From positions 22,279-86,278 of the forward strand of contig NIVC01003639.1 in assembly GCA_002269645.1 (NCBI GenBank): a stretch of 64,000 bases of DNA. Reading direction: 5' to 3'. This document shows positions 35,640 through 48,910 of this stretch, piece after piece; position 1 is the first letter of the stretch; the number at the start of each line of letters is the position of its first letter. Both the position numbers and the translations under genes were made by a program. A model generated the notes under the pieces. The model saw only the letters and a list, made by a program, of their open reading frames with translations. It searched no databases and was not told the DNA's origin. This DNA is from Macrostomum lignano. Taxonomy: Eukaryota.

Positions 35640-36170
35640 ATGTGTCCACTGGATCTGCTGGATCTGGGATGAAATGTGTCCACTGGATCTGGGATGAAAT
35701 GTGTCCACTGGATCTGCTGGATCTGGGATGAAATGTGTCCACTGGGTCTGCTAGATCTGGGATGAAATGTTTCCACTGGATCTGCTGGATCTGGGATGAA
35801 ATGTGTCCACTGGATCTGGGATGAAATGTGTCCACTGGGTCTGCTAGATCTGGGATGAAATGTTTCCACTGGATCTGCTGGATCTGGGATGAAATGTGTC
35901 CACTGGATCTGGGATGAAATGTGTCCACTGGGTCTGCTAGATCTGGGATGAAATGTGTCCACTGGATCTTCTGGATCTGGGATGAAATGTGTCCACTGGA
36001 TCTGCTGGATCTGGGATGAAATGTGTCCACTGGGTCTGCTAGATCTGGGATGAAATGTGTCCACTGGATCTTCTGGATCTGGGATGAAATGTGTCCACTG
36101 GATCTGCTGGATCTGGGATGAAATGTGTCCACTGGGTCTGCTAGATCTGGGATGAAATGTGTCCACTAGA
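35640..36170. repeat. 25/34 bp modular minisatellite (GGGATGAAATGTGTCCACTGGATCT with or without GCTGGATCT)
   Basis: Directly visible; WTHFIPD ORFs. Confidence 0.92.
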
Positions 36171-38216
36171 ATTAATGTGTCCGCGGGATCTGGGATGAAC
36201 TGCGACTCTGTATTGCCATGCTTTCGCACCCTAAGAATCCGCTGACTAAGAGGCCCCAACTTGACATCCAAACTGACTCACGATCACTAATGCCTTCAAA
36301 AATTTTCCCATTGAGGAAAAACTTTCTCCTCAATTGGATCTCAGGAATCCCCCGTGCCCGCGGCCGGACTCGCCCCCTGGGGACAGTTTAGCCTCAGTAG
36401 CGGCCAGAGAGCTGATTGAAAGGCAAAAAGTGGACACACGGGCCGGCCCTCCAATTCATATCTCCAAAAGCTTGAAGTTCCGATTTCTTTATGAGCTTCT
36501 GTTCTCCATGCCGACTCGGTCCGATATCTCTCTCTGTACTGGCCTAAACCCCCACCAGTCTCAGCAGAGGATTACGCAACATTGCAGAACCCGGAGCAGC
36601 CCCCGAGCGTCAATCAGTGTCAGAAACCGCGTCCAGCTTCCCTCCCTCCTGAGTCTCTTTATCGGCGAATGAAAGCAAAACGAAACTCGCTCCGAAATAC
36701 AATTAGCGAGCCGCTGCTGGGATCGAATCGGAAAGCAGGTTTTTTCCCAACGAGATAATAGCGGATTTTTAAAAATGCATTGAGATTCGTTAGATTTGTA
36801 CCATGATTTTTTTAATTCGGAGAAGGCCGCAGGCACGTACACTTCGTCTTACAAACTAGCTAACAAGCAGTCATGAAGGTCCCGCAACTTTGCTAGTTGA
36901 TAAATAATCTCTTTAATTTGCTTTCAATAAGCAGACAATTTACTCACCTCAATTTCTTTCACTAAGAAACCGGTCGTTCCGTCCAGTCCAATACCAGTAT
37001 TAATTTGGATAACTGTGCAAGAATGCTTCTGACCATTCAGGAAAATGCCTGCTTTCCAATGCTCCAATTTTGTCTGCCTACGAGTTGGGCTATCCTACAG
37101 CAAAACGGCTTTACTACGAGTATATCTGTGTTGAAGGCTTGAGGCCAGCCGTCATTGGCTGGGTTGGCCCCACAGCCAATCGCTGCATGGGCAATGCAGT
37201 TTTGCCAGCTATCTGCTGCAGACAAAAGATAGGAAAGGACAGGGAAGATGCTAGCTAAGTGTTGGCTGATGCATTGCCCGGATGCATGCATGTTGTCTTT
37301 GCTCATTGTTGGTCAGGATTTCGTGCCTTGTTCTTCTTTTAGCCAAGTATTAAACCGGTTATAGAAAGCAAATCAGGAACTTTCCGCCATTCAAGCCAGC
37401 TGAGGTGGGGGATGGCGGGAAGCGGGGGAGATGGCCGCCTTGTCCTTCCTGGCTCTGGCAATAAACAAATGCCCAGAATGATAATTGGTTTATTGCCAAG
37501 GTCTAGACCCGCCTATCTCGTCACTCACTAACTATTTTCAAAAGCCCCCCTTCCATGCACGAGTACTGGATAAATTTTCCAAAGGCGCAATAAAAACCAA
37601 GGTAGAAAGTTGCTGTGCAAATGCGAGTTTTGACCTAATTTAAGACACAAGCACATTTCGCGTGGCTTGTTAGTAAAACTTCGTTAGCTATATGCTATCA
37701 TTATTCTAACTTCATAACGTCATCTGGATCTGGGTGACCTCAACTGCACTTTAATAGAAATGATGAAGAAGGCAGGACATGGCTGAACAATTCGGAACAG
37801 TTGTAAAAAAATTGCAACAAACAATCCGATGCATCAAGGATTCCGTCTGTATTATCTACGAGACACAACATCTTCTTGAAGTATTTCAGTTCCTGCATTT
37901 TTGGAATCCTTATATTGGCGGCCGGCTGCCCAGACAGCATGAATCATTCCTCTTGTCCTGCAGTATCTAGGCATCCGCGCGGTATTAAGTTTATAGATCA
38001 AGGATCAAAAGTGCATCAAGGATTCGTAAGTGTAGGTTGGAATATTGTCTCTGCGAGCTATTTCACAGTGACTAAGTGCGGAACCACAATTTAAATGAAG
38101 TACCAAATTTTATTACAGACTTGTCTGCTTGCGTTAGAATTTTCTGTGTTTCCAGTTCTGTACGACAGATTTATTCCTGGGATGGCACACTCTCACACGA
38201 ATGGTCACTATCGAAT

Positions 38217-38548
38217 CAATTTCCGACGTGAGGCTGGTGTTAAGAAGGACAGAGATTATTCAAAAGAAGTACATTGTCGCGCGAGCGACCCTCACCCCAA
38301 TCAATTTCTGGCGTGAGGCTGGTGTTAAGAAGGACAGAGATTATTCAAAAGAAGTACATTGTCGCGCGAGCGACCCTCACCCCAATCAATTTCTGGCGTG
38401 AGACTGGTGTTAAGAGGGGCAGAGATCATTCAAAAGAATGTACATTGTCGCGCGAGCGACCCTCACCCCAATCAATTTCTGGCGTGAGACTGGTGTTAAG
38501 AGGGGCAGAGATTATTCAAAAGAATGTACATTGTCGAGCGAGCGACCT
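38217..38548. repeat. 85 bp tandem repeat, ~4 copies, with internal inverted repeats
   Basis: CAATTT at 38217, 38302, 38387 and 38473. Confidence 0.92.
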
Positions 38549-40082
38549 CCACCCACCTTTATATGCACGTCACTAGCCAATCGGTATTTAGTCCATTTAG
38601 CCCAAGCTAATAGCCGTCCTCATTCTCTATACAGTTCCAATGTATCGAGCACTGTTGACGGATTAACAGTGCAACTTTTTTGTTATCGAAGAAGTGCCTT
38701 CTAAACCGGAAAAAATTTTTATAGCAGAACGCTGAAAGAGCGAAGGAAAGAAAGGGATAGTTGACAACTGATCCACCCAGTCCTGAATGGAGCTGCAGGA
38801 GTCCATAGGGTTGCGAAGAGTTCTGCTATAGCCAAAATAGGGGGGAATAGGTGAAGCAGCGAGAATTTCCTTGTTGCCTGCTCTCTTCAAAAACAAGGTG
38901 GCGTTTCGCGCCAGTTTCTGAAATCAATATTGGCAACAGCCGCAGCAAACTAGCTGGTTAGTACGTGGATTATTAGTTCCCGAAACTCCCCTACCAGTCC
39001 TCTTTGGTCTGTTGCACGGGATCAGTGAGTCTTGAAGAGGGGAGGCAAGGAAATGTCTCTGCCAGACGCCTGGCTTAGAAAGATTTTTTCCAACTTTTAC
39101 ATTCTCACTTAGTCCTGTTCCTCGCCAACAAGTCGTGTTTTGTGTTTCAAGCTCCATCAGGACTGCCAGCTTCCCCCTCCCTCCCTCCACCCCTGACACA
39201 ATGCCTGTCAGCCCTAACCTCGCCGTCAAGCCAGATCCCAACGCAGGCCTTCAACAGCAGCGGAGTTCACTATAAAGCAGCCGATCCGCTGCGGTTTCAA
39301 TCTTTAGTTAGTGATTTTTTTCTCTTCAAAATCCAGAAAACACTGTCCGGAGTCCGAACTGCCTCGTTTCCCTTTTTTAAATTGTGTGGCAACTTCTGAA
39401 ACTTTTTGGTTTTGGGGAAAGAAAGAATAAGAGAGAGAGAGGCCGGTAAGAAAGGGCAGGACTAATGAGGCTTCTGGAATTTCACTGATTTCTTTTCACT
39501 TTCTGTTCTGCCCCACCGCGCAACCCTCTGAACCGCTCAGTCTCTCCCTCACGACGCGCCACACCTCTCCTGTTGCAAAGGGCATTTTTCCCTGTCTTTC
39601 TTCTTGCAGTATTTTTTACATTTTCCCGCTGCCACTTTCTTCTCCTCCGCTGATAAAATAATGAATAGCGCTTCCCTCAAGACTGGATGCACAACTGGGT
39701 AACAGGGGGCCGCTGTGAGGGCGGTTTTACAAGCGTAAGTTAGCGAGGATGGGCCCCGTCGGTTACCAATTTCATGGCGGATAGCAGAGCTGCAACAAAG
39801 ACCTACTACGCTCGTACACTGCCCATTATTGTCTGTCTGTGTCCCCCGTGCAACTTCTGCTGCACTATCATACAGACACAGCCGCGGCCCACCCAGCAAC
39901 TGAGAGTTCGAGAGATTACACACACCGCATCATAATCGTGTCAGCCAAGACGTGTCTGCTTCTGTAGAAATTACTGCTTGAGGATTCAAATTAACTTTCT
40001 GTGCTTATCAGTTTCTGTCTGGAGCGACTGCGCGGGAGATCTGAACAGGTCTGGCAAAAACCTCTAACGAATACAGCCTCGG

Positions 40083-40390
40083 CTCCTAAATCTGCCTCTC
40101 CGCTCCCTCAGCTCCTGAACCTGCTTCTCCGCTCCCTCAGCTCCTGAACCTGCTTCTCCGCTCCCTCAGCTCCTGAACCTGCTTCTCCGCTCCCTCAGCT
40201 CCTGAACCTGCTTCTCCGCTCCCTCAGCTCCTGAACCTGCTTCTCCGCTCCCTCAGCTCCTGAACCTGCTTCTCCGCTCCCTCAGCTCCTGAACCTGCTT
40301 CTCCGCTCCCTCAGCTCCTGAACCTGCTTCTCCGCTCCCTCAGCTCCTGAACCTGCTTCTCCGCTCCCTCAGCTCCTGAACCTGCCTCTC
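40083..40390. repeat. 29 bp minisatellite (CTCCTGAACCTGCTTCTCCGCTCCCTCAG), ~10 copies
   Basis: Period 29 (40111 to 40140). Confidence 0.95.
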
Positions 40391-40439
40391 TGCTCCCCCG
40401 GTGTCCTTGAATCTGCGTCTCCACTCCTGAATCTGCCTC

Positions 40440-40577
40440 TATTCTTGGAATCTGCCGCTCTATTCCTGGAATCTGCTGCTCTATTCCTGGAATCTGCCGC
40501 TCTATTCCTGGAAACTGCCGCTCTATTCCTGGAATCTGCCGCTCTATTCCTGGAATCTGCCGCTCTATTCCTGGAAT
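40440..40577. repeat. 21 bp minisatellite (CTATTCCTGGAATCTGCCGCT), ~6 copies
   Basis: IPGIERQ periodic ORF. Confidence 0.92.
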
Positions 40578-41841
40578 CATACCTCATTAAACACTGTGGA
40601 TTCTTATTCAAATCTAGCAATGAAAGCATTCAAATCTCTTGTCACTGCATTGAGGCCACACATTCAGATTGAGCTATTCAGTATTTCAATGCAACAAAGA
40701 CTACAAAAAAAGCATTTTTCTCTTGTTGGCACACAGAGCGTTGAATCGCCCACCTGCCAATAATTATTTTTTCTTGGCCACACATTGCCCAGCGGGTTGT
40801 ATGCGTCTTTTTAAAGGCAGCCCAGACCGAAATTATGATTCATTTTGCGAACCCGTCAAAACTGACACCCCCTATTGTCTGGTCTCTCATGGTCGCACAA
40901 TAGAAGTCGAGGCTGTGCCGGGGCCTGTGACGCAATCTAATAACACACCTGCTTTAATTATTCAATCATCGTCATTCTGTTTGTGTCAAACTTGGCTAAA
41001 ACGTCAACACTGTTCTCATATTTTAGTAACATTACAAACGAACCGAAAGAACAGAAGCACTGTTATATCCATTGTGACTTTTTCTACTTAAAAAACCGGC
41101 TCCCAGAAATGTCTAGATTTTAATGGTTCAAAAAAGTTCTCAATGACACTTGAAAGAGGGAACCTGCGCTTCATGCAGAAGCTGCACAATATGCACTTTC
41201 GCTGGCCTCCTCTCCGCCGTCTTAGACACGCCCTCTTCAGTGATTTCAGAGTTCCGAAACGGTTCAATCTTCAATTTTTTAGACAGACCAACCGCGCAGG
41301 ATCCATTGTGGCTTGAGTTCAACCGTGACCCATACGTGTGCCTCAGGTACTTGGCTACTTTGGCCAACAGCAAGAGTTACTGGCGATGGAATTCCATCCC
41401 CGAGTCGGAATGGATGGGGGAAATCCAAGTGGCCCCATCTATCGGGATAATGCGAAGGATTTCAAGTGAGTTGGAGATTTGAGTTCAGCCCTGCGGCAGC
41501 GACCACGTGAGCTCTCCGCCCTTTACTCCCAGTTGAGTGTCACGGAACTGAAGCCATGGCGTGAGCTGGAACCATTGATGGCCCACAATAATTGGGAGAA
41601 TTTTCAGAGATGGGGGGATTTGGGCAGCTGGGCTTTTAATCTGCTGCCACAATAATCCATGCAAATGACGAAGCTGGAACATCATTATTTACTGGTCATC
41701 ACAGCCCAGAACCGATTCTTCAATATTATCAGTTTGGTCGTATGTTGAACGTAATTTTGTTATTGATACCGAAGTGTTGAGAGTTTATAGCAACAGAAGA
41801 TTTTGATATTTGATAGAGGGCGATGAGGGGTCGGAGGACAG

Positions 41842-42218
41842 AGACAGACCAGAGACAGACCAGAGACAGACCAGAGACAGACCAGAGACAGACCAGAGAC
41901 ACACCAGAGACAGACCAGAGACAGACCAGAGACAGACCAGAGACACACCAGAGAGAGAGAAACAGACCAGAGACACACCAGAGACACACCAGAGACAGAC
42001 CAGAGACAGACCAGAGACAGACCAGAGAGAGAGAAACAGACCAGAGACACACCAGAGACAGACCAGAGACAGACCAGAGACAGACCAGAGAGAGAGAAAC
42101 AGACCAGAGACACACCAGAGACACACCAGAGACACACCAGAGACACACCAGAGACACACCAGAGACACACCAGAGACAGGCCAGAGACAGACCAGAGACA
42201 GACCAGAGACAGACCAGA
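41842..42218. repeat. 11 bp repeat (ACCAGAGACAG / ACCAGAGACAC)
   Basis: Directly visible. Confidence 0.92.
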
Positions 42219-42949
42219 TAATGGGTGAGTCGAGAGAAAGAGCATTTTCTCTCAGTTGCAAGAATTCCCCTGACTCCCCTAGGAGCCCCATCTGCAGCTT
42301 CCCTCTCTCTATCCATCATTCCGTCCCCGTTTGGAATTGCGGTGTCACCTTAAAAAATATCGCGTCCTCCGCGCTCGATCTAATTATCCCACAGGGCCGC
42401 GACTAATCCGGGGCTGGGGGGATGGTGGCAGCCCCGATGATAATAAAATTTGTTTCTTTTTCTGCAAATTTTAATAGCTGAGACACAGAAGTCTCAGAGT
42501 GCTCAGAAATGAACCCCGAGCCTTACGAATTCCCTTCTGTATAGATGAGCAGTCAGCCAGTCAGTCCTACCGATCCCAGCGTGCACTTTTTTACCTACGG
42601 ATTTCTGATAATTCGATCAATTGGCAAATAGGACTGTCTCGCAGCCTGTCAAATGCTGTCCGAAAATTGAAATAAATTTGCGCTATGGACAGAAGAAATT
42701 CACAGCAATTTTTTCTACTGCGTGGGCGGCGTTGTTACTTTGGCTGGAAGGCCACAAGCTAAAATGCATTTTGAACTTACGAAAATAAAGTTCCACACTT
42801 CAGAAAAGAAAGGTTTCTTTTCAAATCACAAATATTTCAGACTGTGAGAAAGATTTTTTATGATTTGGGGAGAAATTAGACCAGGGGGTGAGAGGGGACG
42901 AATGGGGGAGAGAGAAATGAGAAGAGAAAACAGAGAAAACAGAGAGAAC

Positions 42950-43790
42950 AGAAAGGAGATAGGAGAGAGGAGAGAGAAGAGAGGAGAGAGGAGAGAGGAG
43001 AGAGGAGGGAGGAGAGAGGAGAGAGAAGAGAGGAGAGAGGAGAGAGGAGAGAGGAGGGAGGAGAGAGGAGAGAGAAGAGAGGAGAAAGGAGAGAGGAGAG
43101 AGGAGAGAGGAGAGAGGAGAGAGGAGAGAGAAGAGAGGAGAGAGGAGAGAGGAGAGAGGAGAGAGGACAGAGGAGAGAGGAGAGAGGAGAAAGAAGAGAG
43201 GAGAGAGGAGAGAGGAGAGAGAAGAGAGGAGAGAGGAGAGAGGAGGGAGGAGAGAGGAGCGAGAAGAGAGGAGAGAGGAGAGAGGAGAGAGGAGAGAGGA
43301 GAGAGGAGAGAGAAGAGAGGAGAGAGGAGAGAGGAGAGAGGAGAGAGGAGGGAGGAGAGAGAAGAGAGGAGAGAGGAGAGAGGAGAGAGGAGGGAGGAGA
43401 GAGGAGAGAGAAGAGAGGAGAGAGGAGAGAGGAGAGAGAAGAGAGGAGAGAGAAGAGAGGAGAGAGGAGAGAGAAGAGAGGAGAGAGAAGAGAGGAGAGA
43501 GGAGAGAGAAGAGAGGAGAGAGAAGAGAGGAGATAGGAGATAGGAGAGAGGAGAGAGGAGAAAGGAGAGAGGAGAGAGGAGAGAGGAGAGAGAAGAGAGG
43601 AGAGAGGAGAGAGAGAGAGGAGAGAGGAGAGAGGAGAGAGGAGAGAGGAGAGAGGAGAGAGGAGAGAGGAGAGAGGAGATAGGAGATAAGAGAGAGGAGA
43701 GAGGAGAGAGGAGAGAGGAGAGAGGAGAGAGAAGAGAGGAGATAGGAGATAAGAGAGAGGAGAGAGGAGAAAGGAGAGAGGAGAGAAAAG
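42950..43790. repeat. Polypurine (GAGAG/GGAGA)n low-complexity tract
   Basis: Almost exclusively G and A. Confidence 0.95.
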
Positions 43791-44639
43791 ACGAGACAGA
43801 AAAGGGAGGTGAGAATAGATAAACTCAATGGACCGCTTCAAAATTACTGTGTTTTACATGACACAGGTGAATATTCCTTATTTATAATAATTTACTCAAA
43901 TGTCAAACGTTTCGGCTACTTTGCAGCGAGAGTCCTTCAGGAAAAGAGGAGTTATTTTGAATTATTTGAAGCAGCAAGGCTAGAGTAGCAAAGAAGAGGG
44001 GCGGTTGAAGAAAGAATGAAAGCACTAAAGAAGACGGTGGAGTGGCATTGTTTGAGGCAACAACCGCTTCTTCGAGTGCGGATCGGCCGCCACCCAAGCG
44101 GCACGGCGGCTTCGCGTCTCCTGCCTCTCGGGGGGCACCGGCTGCATCATCTCACTGTAGCTATGAGGCTATTTTCACCGGGGAGGGGAGTGGGAAGAAA
44201 CTCCCGGATAGAGGGCGAGATAAAAGCGAAGTTGCCGGCAGGTTGGGGGCGTGCCGCTCGATTGCGTAACACCGGTACAGTCGGCAGCAAACTCTCAGGG
44301 CTAGGGTCCCTTTCAAGGGCTTGGCAATCTATTGTAGCTGTGTGTGTGTGTGTGTGTAGTCATTGTGCTCATTATTACATTGTCTGCTTAGGGTTGGCCC
44401 CCTCAGCCCCCTAGTCAAGTGCTGTGTGGAATTGGTGAACCACATTGCCAGAGTTTTTTAGGGGAAAGTTTTTGGATCTATCTATACGGCAAGTGCTGTC
44501 TTAGTTTGTGTTTAGGTTTATGTTTGGGTTTTAAACAAAAACATCAAAAAAGCTACCGAAAGACTAATAAATGAAAACTTGCAGAAATTCATTACATACT
44601 TCCAAAAAATCCAAAACTACCAGAGGACTAATAACAAAC

Positions 44640-44980
44640 TGCCTCAGAACTGATAACAAACTACCTCAGAACTGATAACAAACTACCTCAGAACTGATAA
44701 CAAACTACCTCATAATTGATAACAAACTACCTCAGAACTGATAATAAACTACCTCAGAATTGATAACAAACTACCTCAGAACTGATAACAAACTACCTCA
44801 GAACTGATAACAAACTACCTCAGAACTGATAATAAACTACCTCAGAATTGATAACAAACTACCTCAGAACTGATAACAAACTACCTCAGAACTGATAACA
44901 AACTACCTCAGAACTGATAACAAACTACCTCAGAATTGATAACAAACTACCTCATAACTGATAACAAACTACCCCAGAAC
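44640..44980. repeat. 22 bp minisatellite (AACTGATAACAAACTACCTCAG), ~15 copies
   Basis: Period 22 (44643 to 44665). Confidence 0.95.
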
Positions 44981-45944
44981 AGTTTCGGTTATATATGCCA
45001 ATGAAATAGAGGGATACACAGGTCATTTGCGATTTTGTTGCTAAAAAAGCAGGAACCGTATCTTGGGGTGTCATAACTGAAGTCAGAAGGAAAGTCAATT
45101 AATTTTTCAGGCACCAGTGTGTCAGACTGACCAGTTCACCGTGTGCGCTGAACAACACCTCTTTGACAAAAAACTTCCCTCTTTACCAATTACAAACCGA
45201 GGGGAACCGCCCGTAAGGAAGTCCCATTACGCAATGTCCCCCCAAACCGCCACAATGCTTACCAAAGCCAAAACTTCTCGCACTCTTCAGGCCAAAGAAG
45301 AAAATCTGCCGCTCCTTCGGCTGCTCGACTTTGCTGCTTACGTAACTCGGCGACTGTGAGCGGAGCTAACTGGAAAAAGGCGGCAAAGCCAGTCTGTTGG
45401 GGCCTCGTTGCCTCATTGAGCCCCCCCCCTGAGCCTGCGTGTCCAACCGGCTTTGCAAAACTGCATTGAAGTATCAAAAAAAATACAGCGGATCCATTTC
45501 TGCTCCCGGAAGAAGAGGACGAGGTTAAGAAGCTACGAGAGGCAAGAGGGCGTTTTGCAGGCCACTTGTGAGTTTCTGTCGGCCCATCATAAACACCCAT
45601 TGTGCGGCCGTCCTGCCTCTGTCTGTGGGGGCTTCATACAGTCACACAGAGCCTCATCAAGCTCAACCTCAGCTTCCTGGCAGCAATCAAGCTCAAGGCT
45701 GGGAAGTCGACAAAAAAGCAAGTCCATCGATTTTGACAAAGTTAATGGGCGGTTTGAAATCTGGCAGCCAGCTTCGCTAAAGCTTCATCCACAATGGCTT
45801 TCAATGGATTCAGGATCTTCCGTCGAAAGATCATTAGAGATTATATAGTGACAAGGACATTGCTGAGAGGCAAAAGTGCAGGGTATTGCAGACGGTTTGG
45901 CTGAGCTGGGAGGTTAGATAAGAGCTATGAGGCAGCAGGAGTGG

Positions 45945-46160
45945 GAGAGGGGGAGAGGAGAGAGGAGAGGAGAGAGAAGAGGAGAGAGGAGAGAGGAGAG
46001 ACGAGAGAGGAGAGGAGAGGAGAGAAGAGAAGAGGAGGGAGAGAGGAGAGAGGAGAGGAGAGGAGAGGAGAGAAGAGAAGAGGAGAGGAGAGGAGAGGAG
46101 AGGAGAGGAGAGGAGAGGAGAGGAGAGGAGAGGAGAGGAGAGGAGAGGAGAGAAGAGATG
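45945..46160. repeat. (GAGAG)n polypurine tract
   Basis: Directly visible. Confidence 0.93.
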
Positions 46161-46779
46161 AGAGAAAAGGGAGATAAGGAAGCTCAGGAAGAGGAAAAGA
46201 GAGACTAGAGAGGGAAATCGGGGAAGAGAGAGCAGAGGCGGAGAGGATTGAGAGAGACAGACAGAATCGAGACCTGCAAAACAGCAGAGAAGATTTACCA
46301 AAGCGAATCGCGTGAAAAGCAGTGGATTTCTAGTTGATCCACGAGTAGCATTCGAGGCAAAACCGAGCCAAGCTGGTGATGGGTGCAACTCTACACTGGC
46401 ACGTCAGCGTCTGGAATCCGTTCTTGGCCAGAAGCTAGGAAAAAATTCAACTCCCTAATCTCTGTTAGTTGCTGTGTGAAATCAAATATTTTTTCGACTA
46501 ATGCAAAAAAGCTGAAAAAAAGTTGTTCAAATGAAAGAGTAAAGTTTCAAAGCTGGAGACTGACATACTGATGGAGCGGGAGTTGAGGAGGTTGCATTGG
46601 AGACTCGACAACATGCGAGGTGTTTCTGTACTTCTAATCCCTTTAAGCTTAGGGAAGAAATCAGTCGTGTTTTATCCTGCTTCGCGGTGGAGAGAACTGC
46701 ATGCATGACTGGGGGGGGGACATTGTGCTTGAGAACAATAGATCCGGATTCTCTACGGAACTAGGAAGTGGTGATATTA

Positions 46780-47820
46780 TGAGAGCAGGAATGAGAAAAG
46801 CAATGAGAACAGGAATGAGAACTGGAATGAGAGCAGGAATATGAGAGCAGGAATGATAGCAGGAATGAGAGCAGGAATGAGAACAGGAATGAGAGCAGGA
46901 ATGAGAGCAGGAATGAGAATAGGAATGAGAACTGGAATGAGAGCAGGAATGAGAGCAAAAATGAGAACAGGAATGAGAACTGGAATGAGAGCAGGAATGA
47001 AAACAGGAATGAGAACAGGAATGAGAACAGGAATGAGAACTGGAATGAGAACAGGAATGAGAACTGGAATGAGAGCAGGAATGAGAACTGGAATGAAAAC
47101 AGGAATGAGAACAGGAATGAGAACTGGAATGAGAGCAGGAATGAGAACTGGAATGAAAACAGGAATGAGAACAGGAATGAGAACTGGAATGAGAACAGGA
47201 ATGAGAACAGGAATGAGAGCAGGAATGAGAACAGGAATGAGAGCAGGAATGAGAACAGGAATGAGAACAGGAATGAGAGCAGGAATGAGAGCAGGAATGA
47301 GAACAGGAATGAGAACTGGAATGAGAGCAGGAATGAGAGCAGGAATGAAAACAGGAATGAGAACAGGAATGAGAACAGGAATGAGAACTGGAATGAGAAC
47401 AGGAATGAGAACTGGAATGAGAGCAGGAATGAGAGCAGGAATGAAAACAGGAATGAGAACAGGAATGAGAACTGGAATGAGAGCAGGAATGAGAGCAGGA
47501 ATGAGAGCAGGAATGAGAACAGGAATGAGAACAGGAATGAGAGCAGGAATGAGAACTGGAATGAAAACAGGAATGAAAACAGGATTGAGAACAGGAATGA
47601 GAACAAGAATGAGAGCAGGAATGAGAACAGGAATGAGAACAGGAATGAGAGCAGGAATGAAAACAGGAATGAGAGCAGGAATGAGAGCAGGAATGAGAAC
47701 AGGAATGAGAACAGGAATGAGAACAGGAATGAGAACAGGAATGAGAACAGGAATGAGAACAGGAATGAGAACAGGAATGAGAACAGGAATGAGAACTGGA
47801 ATGAGAACAGGAATGAGAAC
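46780..47820. repeat. 12 bp minisatellite (AGGAATGAGAAC/GC), ~85 copies
   Basis: MRTG/MRAG periodic ORF. Confidence 0.97.
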
Positions 47821-48664
47821 TACGATACAGGAAAATATGAACCCATATGAAATAGTGAACAATGAACCAAGAAAAAGCAGAAAAAGCAAAATTGTGGATT
47901 TGTTTCTTGCAGAAGCAGAATCTGCAACAGCATTGCATAACACGTAGCGGCTAATCAATCAACATCTGCTTGACGCAATGCTGCAAAGCTGATTGACAGA
48001 CTTTCAATTGAATCCAGCCGGAAACTTGACCGCAAAAATAAGTGCAAAGACGGCCGGACTGCCTGAGCTTCGAAGACCGTGGGGGGCAACTGCGCCCGTT
48101 GAAGAAGATGAAAAGCCGAAATGGCCGGTGTTAAAAATTTTCCCTTGAAAAAGAAAACCCTGCAGGCCCCTCATTTTGCCCTGTCAAGAATTAAACCCTT
48201 CAAGCACTGGCGCCGGCAATCTTGTTGCTAACTGACCGATGTTGCTGGCTGGAAGATCTGCCTGGGCTGGGGGGGGGGGGGCAGATTCTCCTTCCCGATA
48301 GAAAAGTCACGTTGTGGCGGAAATTTCAATAGTTGGGGTAGCGGAGCGAGATCTTAATCAGACAGGGAAGGCCTCCTGGAAGCAAAGGATGGCCTCTTAC
48401 CTTGGCTCTTCTGCGCGACAGGCTATCACACCTACCTTTTTTGCTATCCCACTGGCATCTTGCAACGTTGCCCGATGCCACATCGGCATTCGCCATCCTG
48501 TGTGGTCTGCGTCCAGTGCAATTGGTGGATTAGGAAGTTATTCCCAAGCAGAAAAATACCGTTGCTGATGGACTTTGCCTGTAATCCTTGCAGTCAAACA
48601 GGTACCTGAGATTCCAGATTGGACGAGGTGTGTATTGAATTTCCCTCGTTTTAAATTGCTATAA

Positions 48665-48910
48665 CTAATGTATATTTGACTTCACTCCATGCCTCAATAA
48701 GTAATGTATATTTGACTTCACTCCATGCCTCAATAAGTAATGTACATTAAGCTTGACTCCCTGTCCAAATAAAAGTAATGTACATTTGACTTCACTCCCT
48801 GCCCCAATAAGTAATGTACATTTGACTTCACTCCCTGCCCCAATAAGTAATGTACATTTTGACTTCACTCCCTGCCCAACAACTAGTGTACATTTGACTT
48901 CGCTCCCTGC
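48665..48910. repeat. 36 bp tandem repeat, ~6 copies
   Basis: TAATGTA(T/C)ATTTGACTTCACTCC core; period 36 (48666 to 48702). Confidence 0.88.
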
